A stretch of DNA of 61,310 nucleotides, filler included, from Sluysia triapertura (taxonomy: Eukaryota), in assembly GCA_046118255.1 (NCBI GenBank). It is 4 parts of 4 records of this genome, joined end to end, with 100 filler letters (N's around TTAATTAATTAA, not from the genome) between each part and the next. Parts side by side here need not be neighbours in the genome. Positions count along the whole stretch, not along the records: positions 13,252 to 26,437 come from JBJNIA010053994.1; positions 26,538 to 47,528 come from JBJNIA010004446.1; 2 more parts are not named here. One strand, given 5' to 3'. The notes under the pieces were generated by a model. It was not told the origin of the DNA, did not search any database, and saw only the letters and a list, made by a program, of their open reading frames with translations. The translations under genes were made by a program, and so were the position numbers. Of the stretch, positions 25,601 through 39,344 are shown in pieces (position 1 is the first letter of the stretch; the number at the start of each line of letters is the position of its first letter).

Positions 25601-25852
25601 TTATTTAACAAATTAGAAAACATTTTATCTAATATTATAATGTCACTAGAATTGAAACAATGTTTTGTTAGCTTCATTAAGTAGCTTATACATATCCTGG
25701 TAACAATTATTTAATTCTTTGTAGTTAACATGTGGCGTATTGTATGAATCTTTAGCATCATTCATTAAATGTTTTATACCATTCTTAAAGTCTTCTTTAT
25801 TTATTTCCTCATTATTGTTTAATAATTTACGAATATATCTTTTTGAAGTCAT
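22603..25852 (-). CDS. THADA: THADA/Trm732 (tRNA Nm32 methyltransferase regulator, DUF2428), 5' part; exons 25852-25692, 25645-24240, 23618-22603 (861 codons, open)
   Basis: SNAPEGY, LLVCCWRSCKEISILFG, THKGAFE, TRRSAGLP; GT-AG introns of 46 and 621 nt restore one frame; donor gtaagt at 22602; no downstream exon found. Confidence 0.88.
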
Positions 25853-25929
25853 AATCAAACGAAATATTGATAATTTTTACTTATTATCATATAAATCAAG
25901 TAGTACAAGTTTTTATTAATATTAATTAT

Positions 25930-26060
25930 TTCGGAGGTAGTTTTAGTAGCAAAATGCGAATAATCTTCAGCGACTCATCCGAGATTTTGTTTATTAACAT
26001 GATCTACAAGTTCTTGTTTTTGCGATCCATAAACTTGATTAATATTTTCTTTACGAATAG
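25930..26060 (-). pseudogene. Possible cathepsin B/TINAG-like propeptide fragment
   Basis: QELVDHVNKQNLG*VAEDYSHF resembles the i..iN..n.gW.A.nys.F propeptide motif with Trp changed to TGA. Confidence 0.4.
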
Positions 26061-26437
26061 AATTAATTTTTATTATCATGAAATAAGTGAGCTCCAATAA
26101 AAAAATATCGTATAAAATAATCAAAATAAACGAAGAGATGGATTGATAATAAGAATAAAAAAAATAATGATAACAATTATGCGGTTATTATGTTTATTAA
26201 TATAGAATTGTTGAAATTTATTATGAAATTTTATCAGGGGAAATATTATAAAAGTTATAATAAAAGTTATTATTTGATATTTATTATACAACAATAATGA
26301 TTATAATTTTTATACATGCTTTAATATGATACGAATCGTAATAATAATAACGATAGTTCATGATAGTTAGATGTGATGGTCGTGTTAATTTTTAAATGAG
26401 TTTAGTAGTTTGTTTAATAGTTTGTGTATATGTGAAG

Positions 26438-26537
26438 NNNNNNNNNNNNNNNNNNNNNNNNNNNNNNNNNNNNNNNNNNNNTTAATTAATTAANNNNNNN
26501 NNNNNNNNNNNNNNNNNNNNNNNNNNNNNNNNNNNNN
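26438..26537. other. Assembly gap with linker
   Basis: N44-TTAATTAATTAA-N44. Confidence 0.98.
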
Positions 26538-26639
26538 TATAATTAAATTAATAATTTTTTAAAATATATAAATTTTAATAATTTTTATAATATTTTTTAA
26601 AATTACAAAAAACAAAAAAATTAAAAAATATAAAATATA

Positions 26640-27215
26640 AAATTATGTGCACCTTTACATGTCCAATCGTTGAATAAGAAGCGAGTAAGAAGCATGAAGA
26701 TGCAGGAAAAATTAGTAGAAATTGATGGATACAACATTATAACCATTTCCGGAATAAGAATCATGAAGATTTATAATATTGATATCTTGGTGTTCCAGAG
26801 ACCTATATAAGGTGTTGAGACCTTGTGGAAGCTTGAGATGTACTTGGAAAAACTTTCAAAGCACCCTTGAACTTCTGAATCTTGAGATAATTTAAGACCT
26901 CATTGACCCTTAAGTAATGTTGAAACCTTGATAAGCATTTAAAATCTTTTAATAACCTTATAAAGTTTTGAAATCTTTAAAATATAGTTGAAATAAATCA
27001 GAGTGGTGAAGACGAAGGCATCTAGAACTTCCAAAGCACTTTATAAAATACTAAACAGTTTTAGAACCTTAATAAAACCTTTAAACATAAAAATAAGATT
27101 AAGTCTAAAAATTAATTAATTAAAATCTTAATTGACTTAATTAAGAAAAAATACATCACTGAATAACATTTGAATGCAAAATGGTGTGCCAAAATGGAAA
27201 CTGTGTATGTTTTTG
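26640..27215 (-). repeat. Dispersed repeat family A, copy 3 (inverted)
   Basis: Reverse-complement similarity to 7340-7680 and 11690-12090. Confidence 0.7.
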
Positions 27216-27724
27216 ATGTGTTTTGATTTCATATGAGTCGGAATTTTTTTCCTTCGTTGTATTCTATTTTGTGTAATGCCATTTCTGTTGTCGATTCGTC
27301 AATAAGGTTCTTTATCTTCGGCCATCAGGTTTTGAATTCAAATGAATCCACTTCATGGATGTCCCGAGCTCTTAAGATATATTAAAAGTTATTTCATCAC
27401 ATTCTTTGCTGAACTGTCTCAAACATTGTCTTTACTAATTCTTAAAATTCCAGATGACCTAAATATTTCTTCATTAACGAAACAAAACAAGAAATCAAAA
27501 TTTGGATCCTCTGGTACGCTGTCAGAGTTCATCTGTTCATATAATGCCGTCATTTGTTACTACTCTTAGGCATGCAGTCATATGTCTGACAGCTTCCATA
27601 ACGTAGTCAAGTCGATATAGTACTCCTTTTCTAACAATGACTGCAACTACATCACCTTCGATTTTGAATTTAACATTTTTATAACTTTTCAGACATCTTT
27701 TAAAACCATGCATTTAGTTCAGTA

Positions 27725-27943
27725 CAGGTTTTCCGCCCTTATTTCAATATTGTCAACCTTTATTCCAATTTTGTAAACCCTAATTTCAATTAAATTATAA
27801 TTATTAAATTTTATTAATCCTTATTTCATTTACTGTTAATTTAAAACTTAAATTTAACTTTTGTAAAACTTATTCTTTTTGAAATAAAATATGACAAAAT
27901 TAAAATAAAGATTTACAAAATTGAATTAAGGGCGGAAACCCTG
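27725..27943. mobile_element. MITE with ~35-bp TIRs and TA flanks (Tc1/mariner type)
   Basis: TA-caggttttccgcccttatttcaatattgt ... acaaaattgaattaagggcggaaaccctg-TA. Confidence 0.8.
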
Positions 27944-28549
27944 TACTAATAATGATAATATGTAGTACATAATTATTTAAACATAAATATAAGTTAAATG
28001 AAAATGTTAAATTTAAATCAACACAGAAGTCTTTTCTTTGATGTTTATATATCTCAGCATTTTCAATTATTTGATTTAGCATTTAAGTATAGTTGAAGTT
28101 GTATATTAAATTGAAAACTTTATAATATCCAATTATAGTTTTGTTATAAAAACTGTTATAGTTTTGTTACTAAAAACAGTAAAATGATCCTAAGCAATAA
28201 AATTAACAAATTAGTAGTAACTTGAGAATTAGTTGTCAAGAATACAGATTAGTACAAAAATTGGCGATGGTTTGTGCAAATTAAGAAAAGTCGATATGTC
28301 ATTATTGAATTCAAAAAAAATTATACAAATGATATAAAATTAAATTCTAATTAAGAGTAACGGGATTACTTATTTCAATTTCAGTTTTTAATTCATCACG
28401 TTAATAAAACAAATATAAATTGCATCACTTACACTTCCTATGTAATAGTGGTTCAATTCCATTTTCATTTGAATAATTATTTTGGTGTTATTTTACGAAC
28501 ACGTTTTTAGAATCAATAACTAAGCTGTGATATCGATGTCTTATAATTT

Positions 28550-29188
28550 AATTAATGGACAATCAATAATAAGACATAGTTGGCCATATACAGTAATAAT
28601 TTTACTGATTGTTCTTTAACTTCATCTGAAATTGCATTATTACGATGAGTTATTATAAAAATGTAATATGCAACAATAAAATATAGAAACATTTAAATAA
28701 CCTCGAATTTAATGTAATAATAGCCATAATCATAATCGCGCCAATAATAACAACGATGGCAATGGTAATCGAGCTGTGGAAATTTATATTTTGTGGATTA
28801 ATAAGATAAGGTTTAAAATGTATTGAATGTTTCGCCTGTCAGTGAAAGATTTAGAAAGATGAAACAGGTGTTGAATGTATATGATACGTGTTTCTAGCAT
28901 ATATATTTCTTATAAAACTTTTAAAATAGAAATAAAATGGGAATCTCAAGAATGCTTTCACTCAAAATAATTAACCTTAATATAAAACCCTCTAAAAATA
29001 TATAATTATCTTTTAATCAATAAAATTAAAATAAAATAAACGTTACAAATGCATGAATTACAAATCGCATCATCACTTAATCTGCTTAAACTATCGTCGG
29101 TATTCATATTAGTTTCATCGTTATTTACTGAAATAATCGCTTCATTGGCCGAATTCTTATTTTTCATTATATTTGAAAAAAGTGCCAT
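28550..29188 (-). pseudogene. Possible small spliced membrane-protein gene or fragment
   Basis: ORF MALFSNIMK...CNSCIC ending at a gtaacg donor-like site; downstream hydrophobic ITIAIVVIIGAIMIMAII in inconsistent frames. Confidence 0.3.
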
Positions 29189-29299
29189 AATCTTGTTATT
29201 TTAAACAAAAATAAAAATAATAAAAGTAAAAATAGTAATAACGGTAATAATAATAAAATTTAAAACAGTAAACATATAATAATAATAATAAATTATAAC

Positions 29300-31166
29300 A
29301 AAACAATTTTAATTCCGTCTTTTGAATTGACTGATTAATCGTATGATGTGGTCTAGCTTGTTTACCACGAGGTTGAAATTTAATAGCACTTATGTGATCC
29401 ACTAAATTATCAATGAAATTATAACAAACTTTCTCAGGCGTGTAGATTAAAAAGTGAATCGCTAAAGTTACGGTTAATTCATTACTTTGATTCATTTTAA
29501 TAAGACAAAAATAATTCGTATTGTTACTTAGATCTAATTTATCCGATTCTGGATGTGATCCAAAGAATCGAACATAAATACTGTTTTCTTTTATAACAAA
29601 TGAACAAATAGTATTTTTCAGCAATACATCTAATTGGACTAAGCTCTTCCGACATTGTATCGAATCAAACTTTTTTGTTATTTGGTTAGGAAAGCATAAA
29701 TTGTCAGGTGACAGGTGATCATGTTCCATTAATACAGTAATAGCAACCTTGTGCATACAATACACATGTTCAAAATAAATCATATTGTGCCAATAATTAT
29801 AAAATTGTTGTTCCAAATGATCACATGGTTGATCTGTTTGAGAAATCGTGGGCTTTAAGCCATTACACAATGAAGATGGAATATTACAATATAGACTTTG
29901 ATTATATTGGCAAAAGAAATCTGTGTAATACAACATATCGTCGATTAGTTTCGAATGAATTAATATACTTTGATCAGTACAACGAACTAAATTTGATCTA
30001 ACCAACTTACTGTTGTAGTAAAATGCTGTTAAGGAAGAAGTTAATTTCCTTTGTTGCTCCAATGGCAATTTTGTACTTATAGAAACTTTCATTGAAGTAT
30101 CAGAATAAAGCATTAAAATCATTTCTATATCCAATTTTTGATTATTTATGCTTAAATTAGATAATATGTAGCCCATGTTGAAAAGAGATAAAATTAATGT
30201 TAATGGAGGGATATTGAAATTCTTTTCATGCAAACATTTAATTTGAACTGTGTCTGAAGAATTGCGAAAATCTACTAAATCAAAACATTCTTGGCCAATA
30301 ATATTTAAAGATTCAGTTAACGATTCATTTGAAAATATATATTTACCACCAGTAGCTCTACAAAGTAACTTCAATATATTGTTTTCAGCATGACTTTCAA
30401 TGTCACCAAATTCTTCATAAATATTATCACAGCATACATTTATCACGTTCAAATTAATACTTAAAAACCGCATCAAGCTTAATATGTTTTCGTATTTTTG
30501 CCCCCTTGGAATTTTCATGTTAGCATCAGATATAATAAATGCACTTTTAAAATCAAAATTTTTGTAACAGTCAAAAATTTTCATTGAAACTATTGCATTA
30601 TCAATTATATTATATAAAACATTCTTGGAGCTACCTGTATAATTAGTTTTATAAACAAATGTTTTATCAAAAATTCCTTCAAAATAAGATGACAAATTAG
30701 ATTCAGTAATTAATGATCCACGATCAACTATGACAGTTTGAGTGTTATCAAATAATATACAAGACAGTAATAAATTTTGATTTAAATTTTTAGAATGACT
30801 CGAAATTTTCTGTAAAGTGTTACGTAATAAAGATTCAACTATTAACAAACCAGTTAAAATTTTATTTCTACCAAAACTGGATATATTAAACATAGACTGA
30901 CGAATATCAATTAAAATAGTAATATGACATTGTTCGCTTAAAAAAACAAATTTAGGTTTTACTGAAGAGAATGTATTCGTATCACAGGTTTCAATATTAT
31001 AATCCAACAACTTATAAGAATTTGATTCATTTAAGCCGCGCCTGATGTCATCTGAATCATCCATAAAATTATCAAATTTCTCTAAGAAATGTCTTATAAA
31101 TTCATCTTTTGCAAATAAACACATTCTTTTAAGATAAATAATGAACTCTTGAACACATTCACTCAT
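29300..31166 (-). CDS. SZT2: SZT2 (KICSTOR scaffold) N-terminal ~620 aa; first exon or truncated copy
   Basis: FVFLSEQCHITILIDIRQS, SAFIISDA, LKLLCRATGGKY, LMEHDH..FDSIQCRKSL..SFVIKENSIYVRF match the SZT2 N-terminus; the ORF tail to 29196 is Tyr/Phe low complexity. Confidence 0.85.
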
Positions 31167-32132
31167 TTTTGGTTATGTAAAAAATGTAACAAATATCATA
31201 CTAAAAAAAACTATTCTGCAGCTAATAATAAGCAAAATAAATTGTATAATTTATTAAACTTAATTAAAATATAAGAATAGTATTTCATTAAAGAAAATAT
31301 AAATAAAATGAAAATCTATATTGCTCAAATATTAGTACTTATTGCATTTATTTAAAGAAATTAAATTAATAGCAGAAATAAATTAGTTTAAAAAAATTGA
31401 AAAAAGAATTAATGTAGTCTTTATCTGCCTAAATAAAACTTATTTATTTCAAAGTTTCAGCAACTTGTTTAAAATATAGAGATCATGAAAAATAATTTGT
31501 TTTTATTATGTATGTATTGCTTACCACGTAATTCAACTACAAATTTTTAAAAAATTTCACTTTTAAAATCATAAAGTGCATGGATAATTAAATTTATAAA
31601 ATTTGTTTAAAGTAGATACATAGTGGTGTTATAGCAACATTTAAAATTCACTATTTTAATAATATTCACTAAGAATAAAATAATATAATATTAAAATTAC
31701 AATGAACTTTAATTGATTTTGAAAATGATTTTAACGATTAATTTAAAGTGATCAGAGAAATATTTAATAAATTTGACTTCATTTGATGTATCGTTTCAGG
31801 ATTCCAAACTTGTAAATATAATGGGTTTGTGAAAAACAACTTAAAGATTCATTGATGGATGATTTGATGAAAGGCTTATTCTTAATATTCTTAATTAGAA
31901 ATATTGAGTTCACCTACGATCCTAGTTTTACTGACTTAAGGGCTAGTCCGTGGTGCTGGTATTTTATGAATTACCTGAGGGATCGGTCCACCTAATATAT
32001 ACGCTTTATACCAATTCTGGAGACGTATTATTAGGGTTTTATGCTCAAAAATTTATATTAGATAACTTACTGACTGATACAACTAAATAAGATTAAGTTA
32101 CAACTTTTCAGTTTAAGATTTTATCAAATTTG

Positions 32133-32442
32133 CACAACCCTATATTAAGGTGTTGCTAAAAATTATATTACACAACTCTCTTACTGAGATGTTGTATCGA
32201 AAAGAATATTTTTCACAACTCTTTAATTAAGGTGTTGTTACACAAATGAGATTTTAATACCTTATTATGTTGCACTGTTCTTCGAAATTGCGAATGTTTA
32301 ATTAACTAATGAAGTCGGTAAGCAATGACAATCGTCGGTTGATAAAAATTATGATAATAGCAATTTAAATCAACTCGACACCTGGTCGGTTATTAATATT
32401 AATTTAGTTGAAAGGTTTCCCAACCCTATATTAAGGTATTGG
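32133..32442. repeat. Degenerate palindromic repeat array (four ~23-bp units)
   Basis: cacaaccctatattaaggtgttg (32133), cacaactctcttactgagatgttg (32171), cacaactctttaattaaggtgttg (32214), cccaaccctatattaaggtattgg (32419). Confidence 0.7.
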
Positions 32443-33109
32443 TAAAAGTGAATAAAATGAGTTTGAGTGATATTTTAATATTCCCACTTAGGGTGAATAT
32501 ATGTAAAACTTATATAATAAAAAATCACTTGTTAATTTTCGATGACATCATAACATTAAAACTCATAGCATTAAAACTTTATCTTAATTCCAAAAAATTT
32601 CCTTCTGTCTAACAAACTTTTCTTGAGTCTAAATTGTTTAATGTTACCCTATTTATACTTACTTAAAATAAATTCTTTTCTTTATTAAAATATTTTTTTT
32701 CTAAATAATTTTCTTTGTTTTCTAAAATTAAATATTTCTTTTCCTAAAATTAATTAGTTAATTTAAACAAAAGCTTACTTTTAATTTTAAACAAAATTAA
32801 TTTTAATTTTTTAATTTATTTTATATTTTATTTTTATTTTTAGTATAATAATAATATTTATAAACTTTTAATAAAATAAAATTATAACAAATCATAAATT
32901 ATATCAAAACATAAAATACACCTTTACAATATGATTATTATTTTATGATTTTGAATTAATAAGTATTTCAGATTTAAATAATCTCTTTGCTCAAGTGCTA
33001 CAACGAGGTATTTGTTTATTGAAGTTTCAAAAGGATTTGATAATTACAAATAGAGTATTACTGATATAAATCCGTTATTTGATTACGTTTTGCATCTAAT
33101 ATGGAACTC

Positions 33110-33720
33110 CAGTCGTGGCCAAAGTATTAGACTAAAGACCATTTTTGGGATGAAATTCAGCATTTTTCAAGGTTACTATGAAACTATTAATTAAAAGTTG
33201 GATGTTTCACAGTTTCATGTTTAAATTCCTCATTAGGTCTCCTTCTTACAAAGGTGCACTTGTCATCCAATACTTGAAAGGACGACTCGTCACGAAAACA
33301 CACTTGACTCCAGTCATCCTCAGTTAAATGTTTGTATTGCTTAGCCGATGCTAACCTTTTACTGATAATCCCTTGTGGCAACTTAGGTTGTCTCTCTCGC
33401 AAACCATTGTGTCTACAAATCTCCTTCAGACTGTTCTGGCACTAATGTGAATAACGCAAGTCTCTAACTGCTTTTGCAAAGTTTCACCAAATATTTATCA
33501 TTTCTCACTGGTGTTTTCTTCTTTCTGCCACATTTTCCAAACGACCAAAAAACAGCATATTTTTCCTGTTTTAATCTAATAATTTGGCCACCACTGTAGT
33601 TCGTTGAATCTTATGATTCTGAACGTGCTAAAACAAGATTCTATTTTCTTATCCAAACATAAAAGTTGTACAACTCAAAATTCATTTGGATGCTTCAAAA
33701 GAAGTTAAATAGGCGAAAAT
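33110..33720 (-). mobile_element. Tc1-like transposon remnant
   Basis: KRLASAKQYKHLTEDDWSQVCFRDESSF...VRRRPNEEF..TVKH; Tc1-type terminus cagtcgtggccaaagtatt at 33110. Confidence 0.85.
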
Positions 33721-35577
33721 TGAATGTCACTCTGATTTATTTCGTAAAATTTAGGAAAAAATTCAATCAGAATCCTCATATAAAGGTGTAACTGATCGAA
33801 TGAGACGATTTTTGGGGATGATTTAAAAGGTTTAAAGAAGCACACAAGCATGATTAAAACATATGTTAAAGAGAACCCTAACCCATAGTCAAACAAATTT
33901 TTGAAATTCTCGAAATACACTTAGAAAACGTGTACAGTTTTATTATCTAATCTACAATAATAGATTTCGTTCTTGTCAAATATGAGAATTCTAAATAATG
34001 TAAATCAGAAATTGCTTTTCCTTCTACTATTTTGTGTCAGGGATAAATTGAATATCAACATATTTGATTAATAGAGAAAAAATTCATATTTTAGGCGAGA
34101 AGTCTTTTTGTCGTTTTGAATAATAATTCAAATTGAAGTTTAATTTTATTGTTAAAGTTTGATGTAAACTTTGCTATTCTAAAAAGAATAATAATTATTT
34201 ATATTAGCTTCATATATTTTATTAGGTAGTCATAGCAATCCTTTAAAATTATTAAATTGATGGAAATAAGCCATTTAAAATCTTAATTTTTAAAAAAGAA
34301 ACTTATTACTAAAAGTATAAAAAGAAGTTTCTAGAATGTTCAACAATACAACTAGATTGCAATTGCCTATTTGATTTAGTAAGTTCTGTTTATTTAAGGC
34401 ATTTCAATCTTCATGATTTAGATAATAAAATCTGGATAAATTCTTTTAGTAATTTTTAAATACCCTGATCTAAAGTTTTAGTGTAAAATCTATTATACAA
34501 AAGGTTAAATATCTTATACGATTTTAAGAATAAAATATTAATTTGTCTGTTTACTACTTACCTTTTTCTTCTATTATTTGATTTTTATTGATGATATATG
34601 CTTATAAAATTTTTAACAATTTTTGCATCGTTTCTGGATTAGAAGAATGGAATAATATAAAATTTAAATTTTAAAATTGACTGATACAGTTAAAATTTAT
34701 TCGAAAAACATAACAATTTAGATTGCTTCTAGAAACACATCATTAAGTGTAAGACCCTCCAAAATACAGACGTTTAATTTAACGAATTAATTAAGTTTTT
34801 ACATTAAGATTTGCTTAGATATAGTTACAGGAACGACATAAGACGTTTACTGTAACCAGACCCTGCGCAAAATAAAAATGGAAACAATAGAAATGATGGG
34901 ACAACATCAAAAGAAGGATATAACCATGAAAAATCTGGTAATAATTAATTAATAATAATAGCTGATAGAACACTTACAAAATATAATTAACATCTAATAA
35001 AGTATAATCAAAATATTAACTCTTATCACTTCAACCGGCAGTAATATTACCAACCTTAAGCTTGCGCTTTACTCCAGGAACAAAATGAGATATTTTTGAG
35101 ATTATTGTCGACTTAATTTAATTTTTCATTCATATTATTCAAACATCTGTCCAATCATTGAAATACTGTGTATCAATCGCTCATCACATTTATTAATTAT
35201 ATTACATTATTACAGATTAATTTCCAATTTCAATTATATAATTTTATTCTCAAATAAAATGAATCTGACCACAGTTCTGAATAATGATCATCTAATGTTT
35301 ATCTATTTATAATTATTTCATAACATTAATTTTTTTACATAGAAAATTTACAAAGACGTTCTTTATATTCATATTGTTCTGAATTACACCCCTAGTATTA
35401 TTAAAATATAAGCAACAATATGTATTTAGTAATCTCTAATTTCTAAAGATATTCCATACTAGAAATCCATTTTTCGAGTGGTTCTTAATTTGATACAATT
35501 GGAAAACTTATTAATTTACTGAAGTGATCAATTATTACAAGTATAAACAGTTTACCACGTATGTTAGACTTCAGTAA

Positions 35578-35650
35578 ATGGGCTGACCGGCAATTGAACC
35601 TGGGACCTCTCGCTTCATAGCTGCGCAACTCCGTTCAACAATCCGTCATT
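35578..35650 (-). mobile_element. tRNA-derived SINE head or tRNA pseudogene
   Basis: Minus strand gctatgaagcgagaggtcccaGGTTCAATTgccggtcagccca: anticodon-arm-like segment, variable loop, B box; D arm degenerate. Confidence 0.6.
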
Positions 35651-37864
35651 ATTCTATGGCACTTTAGGCCTGCAACCTAACATGTACATCATTTTAGAAA
35701 TGACCAGATTTAATCCATAACTTGTTTGCACTGGATGTATTCCGATACAACAAAAGAGAAAATATTAAATCTATTTTAGGTTTGTAAATGGCACGTTACT
35801 TCAATCTTTCAGCCTTTAGATGAATAATATTCTTCGACAGTCCCACACTAACTGTGTAAAACAGAATTAATCCTTATGAGCTCGTACATTCCAGAATCAT
35901 AAGAAGAACGCACAATGGATAAAATGGAGAATAAAATAATTATGGAATAGACGGACATTTATTATAATGACAAATCATTATCGGTTTCACTTAGCGAACT
36001 TGAAATATTTCTGAAAGATAACGACAAAGAAGAATTTGAATATTCTTGATTTATTTTAAGAACAATTTCATTAAGTATTACAAAATAAATTATAGCTATT
36101 TTTACATTGATTAACCTTTAGTATACGAATTTATAAAAATCGCAGAATGTGCTGGAAATAGATCTTTTAACACAACCATTTTTTAAGAACAATCCTACTA
36201 TCTATGGGACGATTTTTTATTAAATTAAATTTTACAAATGTTGGATAAAGAATTATTAAAATATAAATATAAAACCACTAAACAAACAAATTATTTAAAA
36301 AAAGATTCGAAGCATCGATTTAAAAATCAAATAGATAAAGAAGTGTCAGGTCGTAAAATTAATGATTGTTAATTGTAAATAATAATAATAATAACAATAA
36401 TAATTCTTGACTTACAGTCTATTGTTAATATTTTTACATATTTAAATGGTGTGATACATAAAATATTACCCCTGCTATGATTTTAATTGGTTTGCTTATC
36501 AAAATTAGTCCTTCCTTATTGGTTCACCTACAATGTACGTTTTATATTCCTACGAAAGACGTACCAGTAGAATTTCAATGACGTATTTACTGCAAAGTTT
36601 TCTTCTGAGGGTTTTTCTAATTAAGATTAAGTAACCTTAAGGGTAATTATCGGTTTAATGCTATACTATTCTTATTGGTGTTGAAAAGCAAAAGTATCTC
36701 AAAGAGGAGAATTATTATTAACCACCCAAAATAAAGGAACTCACACTAAATGAATTTTTATTCAACCAATAACAACTACACATTATAAATTTTTGTCTAT
36801 GATATAAGAATTGACACTACACAAATTTTTCTATGATAAATAAAATTTTACGCGCTTATAATTACGAATAAATAAAATAAATTCCACTCTAATGTGTTTT
36901 TTTATGAATATGAAAATTGAGTGTGTTTTATATCTTAAGTGGGTAAGGTGAACCTGTATAACTAAAACTTACGAATTTAGTTCGCCTTTAAAATCTTCAT
37001 CAAATGCGGATAACCGATAATAACCAAAATCACGTCATTCGATATATACTTTTCTTCAAATAATCATAAATCCAGGCAATTGGAATACTTTAACAATAAA
37101 TCGAATTATCACTCTTTATAAAAGTAAATCGAAAATTTATTCTAACTTTATAACTATTAACTACCGTAAGTCCTTGCATTTATACTGATTTAGTATTTCA
37201 TTACAAAATCCATTAGTATTTTTAATTAAATAATTTTCTTTTTTAATCAAAATATTTATAATCACACATTAGATTGAATATTTAAAATTGTTTACAATAA
37301 TTTTAAATTTAAAATTATGCTAAATTTAGTTTAATATTTGTAATTTATAATCTTTTAATTCTGATACTCCTAAATTAAAAATTTAGCATATGATCAACAA
37401 CACCAAGAATAATTTCTTTAAAATTATTTAAGTAAATTTTCTTTTGAACATTTAAACATCTGAAAGGAATTGATGTGGATATTATTTTAATTAATTTGTA
37501 ATCAGATATATAGTAAACTTAGATTGATTGAAGGTTTTTGCTTTTTTAATAATCAAGTAACAAAATAAAAAATTACTAATAAAATCAATACTAAAATTTA
37601 AAATTTCATTAAGATTTTCATGTATTAGTATTATATTACGGATATATTTGTTATTTTGATAAAATATGGCTTCAAATTTTAGTTTTGTTTAGTTAAATGA
37701 TATTAATTGATAAAGGGTAAACAAAAAATATTTACTGATTAACCGTTAGATAAAAAGTATTTCCAGATATTAAGTTATGTGAAGAAAAAAATTCAAACCT
37801 TGAACCAATTTTCCATACAAAGATGGATATTTTGATAATGGAGTTATTGGAAAGTCATTTTAAA

Positions 37865-38010
37865 TTAAATAAGACTTTTTGTCGACTTTAGAAAGATAAA
37901 TAAAATCACAAAGTACCTCTGTTTCTGATGTCAAACATTGAAGATATGATCAGTACTATCAAGTTGAACTGGATGAAGAATCGAAATGTAAAACTGAATT
38001 TTCAAAAAAG
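37865..38010 (+). mobile_element. Gypsy reverse transcriptase fragment
   Basis: IRLFVDFRKINKITK, NIEDMI, YYQVELDEESKCKTEF. Confidence 0.7.
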
Positions 38011-38719
38011 GATAGACAATCATTATCGTCATTTCAATAATTAATGAATAAGATTTTGAATGATTTAAATTAGAAGACAAATTTAAAATCTTATATTTTC
38101 TAATTATTCAATTTAATTAAATATGTTCGAGATGATTCAGAATTAAAAATTAAAGCGTAAAATATCAAAATTAAGCTTTATGATCGTGTTTCTAATAAAA
38201 ATGTGAAACTTTTAAGACGTTAAAAGTATTTAACTAACAAGTTGGTATCGCAAATTTATTACAAAGATTCGAATTTAGTATTTAAGATAATATTTATTCA
38301 TAATTGAATAATATTTAGTGAACCTAAATATCCGATAAATGAATGTTTAACTTTTATTTTAATTTTAAAATTTTCAACAATTTTACTCAAAATATTGTGA
38401 TGTAATTTATATTTATGCTTATTAATTCTTTATTTTATCGATGTAAGACGCAATCAAAGTATGTCAATAGTTTGATATGAAGAAATGATCTTTGTTTATG
38501 AACTTTAGACCTTAAATACCCTAGACTGCATATGTACAAGTTAAACTATGTTGACTAGACAACAAATAATATTTCATATATGGGGATTGTTAATCAATTA
38601 ATTAAATTGAACTTACTCAATTTAATAAACAAGCCAAACTGTTTTTTGCAATTTTTTCTTTAAACATTTATCTTAATTTTTCTACAAAATTGAATTGTTT
38701 AGAAATGAAATAAATTGAT

Positions 38720-39037
38720 TTACTTTAATTGTTTAATTATGAAACCATAATTCTTTTTAAGAAACATAAGTCCTTTATAAAGATTTCGAATTTGAATATT
38801 TAATTTTTTAATTTCTTTTTGTACTTTTGCTGAATGTTTTTTGGATGTAATTGGAGTAGAATCTATTTGAAACATTTCCATCAGAAGTTTATCACTTTGT
38901 CTTGTATTAGAAAGTAATGTTTTTAACTGATTTTGAAATGAATAATTTATTATTACAAATACCAAGGAGACTATTATGGACACTAACATAGATATTGTAA
39001 TAATTTTACAACAATAGCAATGATCTTTAATATCCAT
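38720..39037 (-). CDS. Putative small single-pass membrane protein with a coiled-coil-like tail, divergent from FTSJ1
   Basis: 105-aa ATG ORF, TM IITISMLVSIIVSLVFVII; start 308 bp from the FTSJ1 ATG; no recognised family. Confidence 0.4.
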   Translation of the reverse strand: MDIKDHCYCCKIITISMLVSIIVSLVFVIINYSFQNQLKTLLSNTRQSDKLLMEMFQIDSTPITSKKHSAKVQKEIKKLNIQIRNLYKGLMFLKKNYGFIIKQLK

Positions 39038-39344
39038 GATATATATATTTTATTCAATTAAAATTTCTAAATAAATTAGACATTTTTTTTAATTTATATA
39101 TAAAATGATTACTGTTAACCTAATTCCGAGATTTTTAGTGAAACATTCTTAATAACAAAACAATGACTTGAACTTTGTAAATGTTTTTAATTGTTACGTG
39201 ATAAGTGAAATATATAAAAGATGTGTAAACTAAATTATCAACAAATCTTGAGAAATTTATTGAATATTCAATTAAAAATATGTTTTGTATAATTGATTTG
39301 ATAATTGTAATTGTTTTAATATTTTAATTTTAATTTAAAAAGAA

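Noticed and set aside
8597-31166. mTOR-pathway cluster (SIN1 plus SZT2)
   Set aside because: SIN1 is a relic, the proteins act in different complexes, and two gaps separate them; most likely coincidence
32133-32442. CRISPR-like array
   Set aside because: Eukaryotic context, degenerate units, spacers too short and irregular, no cas genes
35578-35650. Functional tRNA gene
   Set aside because: D arm and acceptor stem do not fold properly; treated as a SINE or pseudogene
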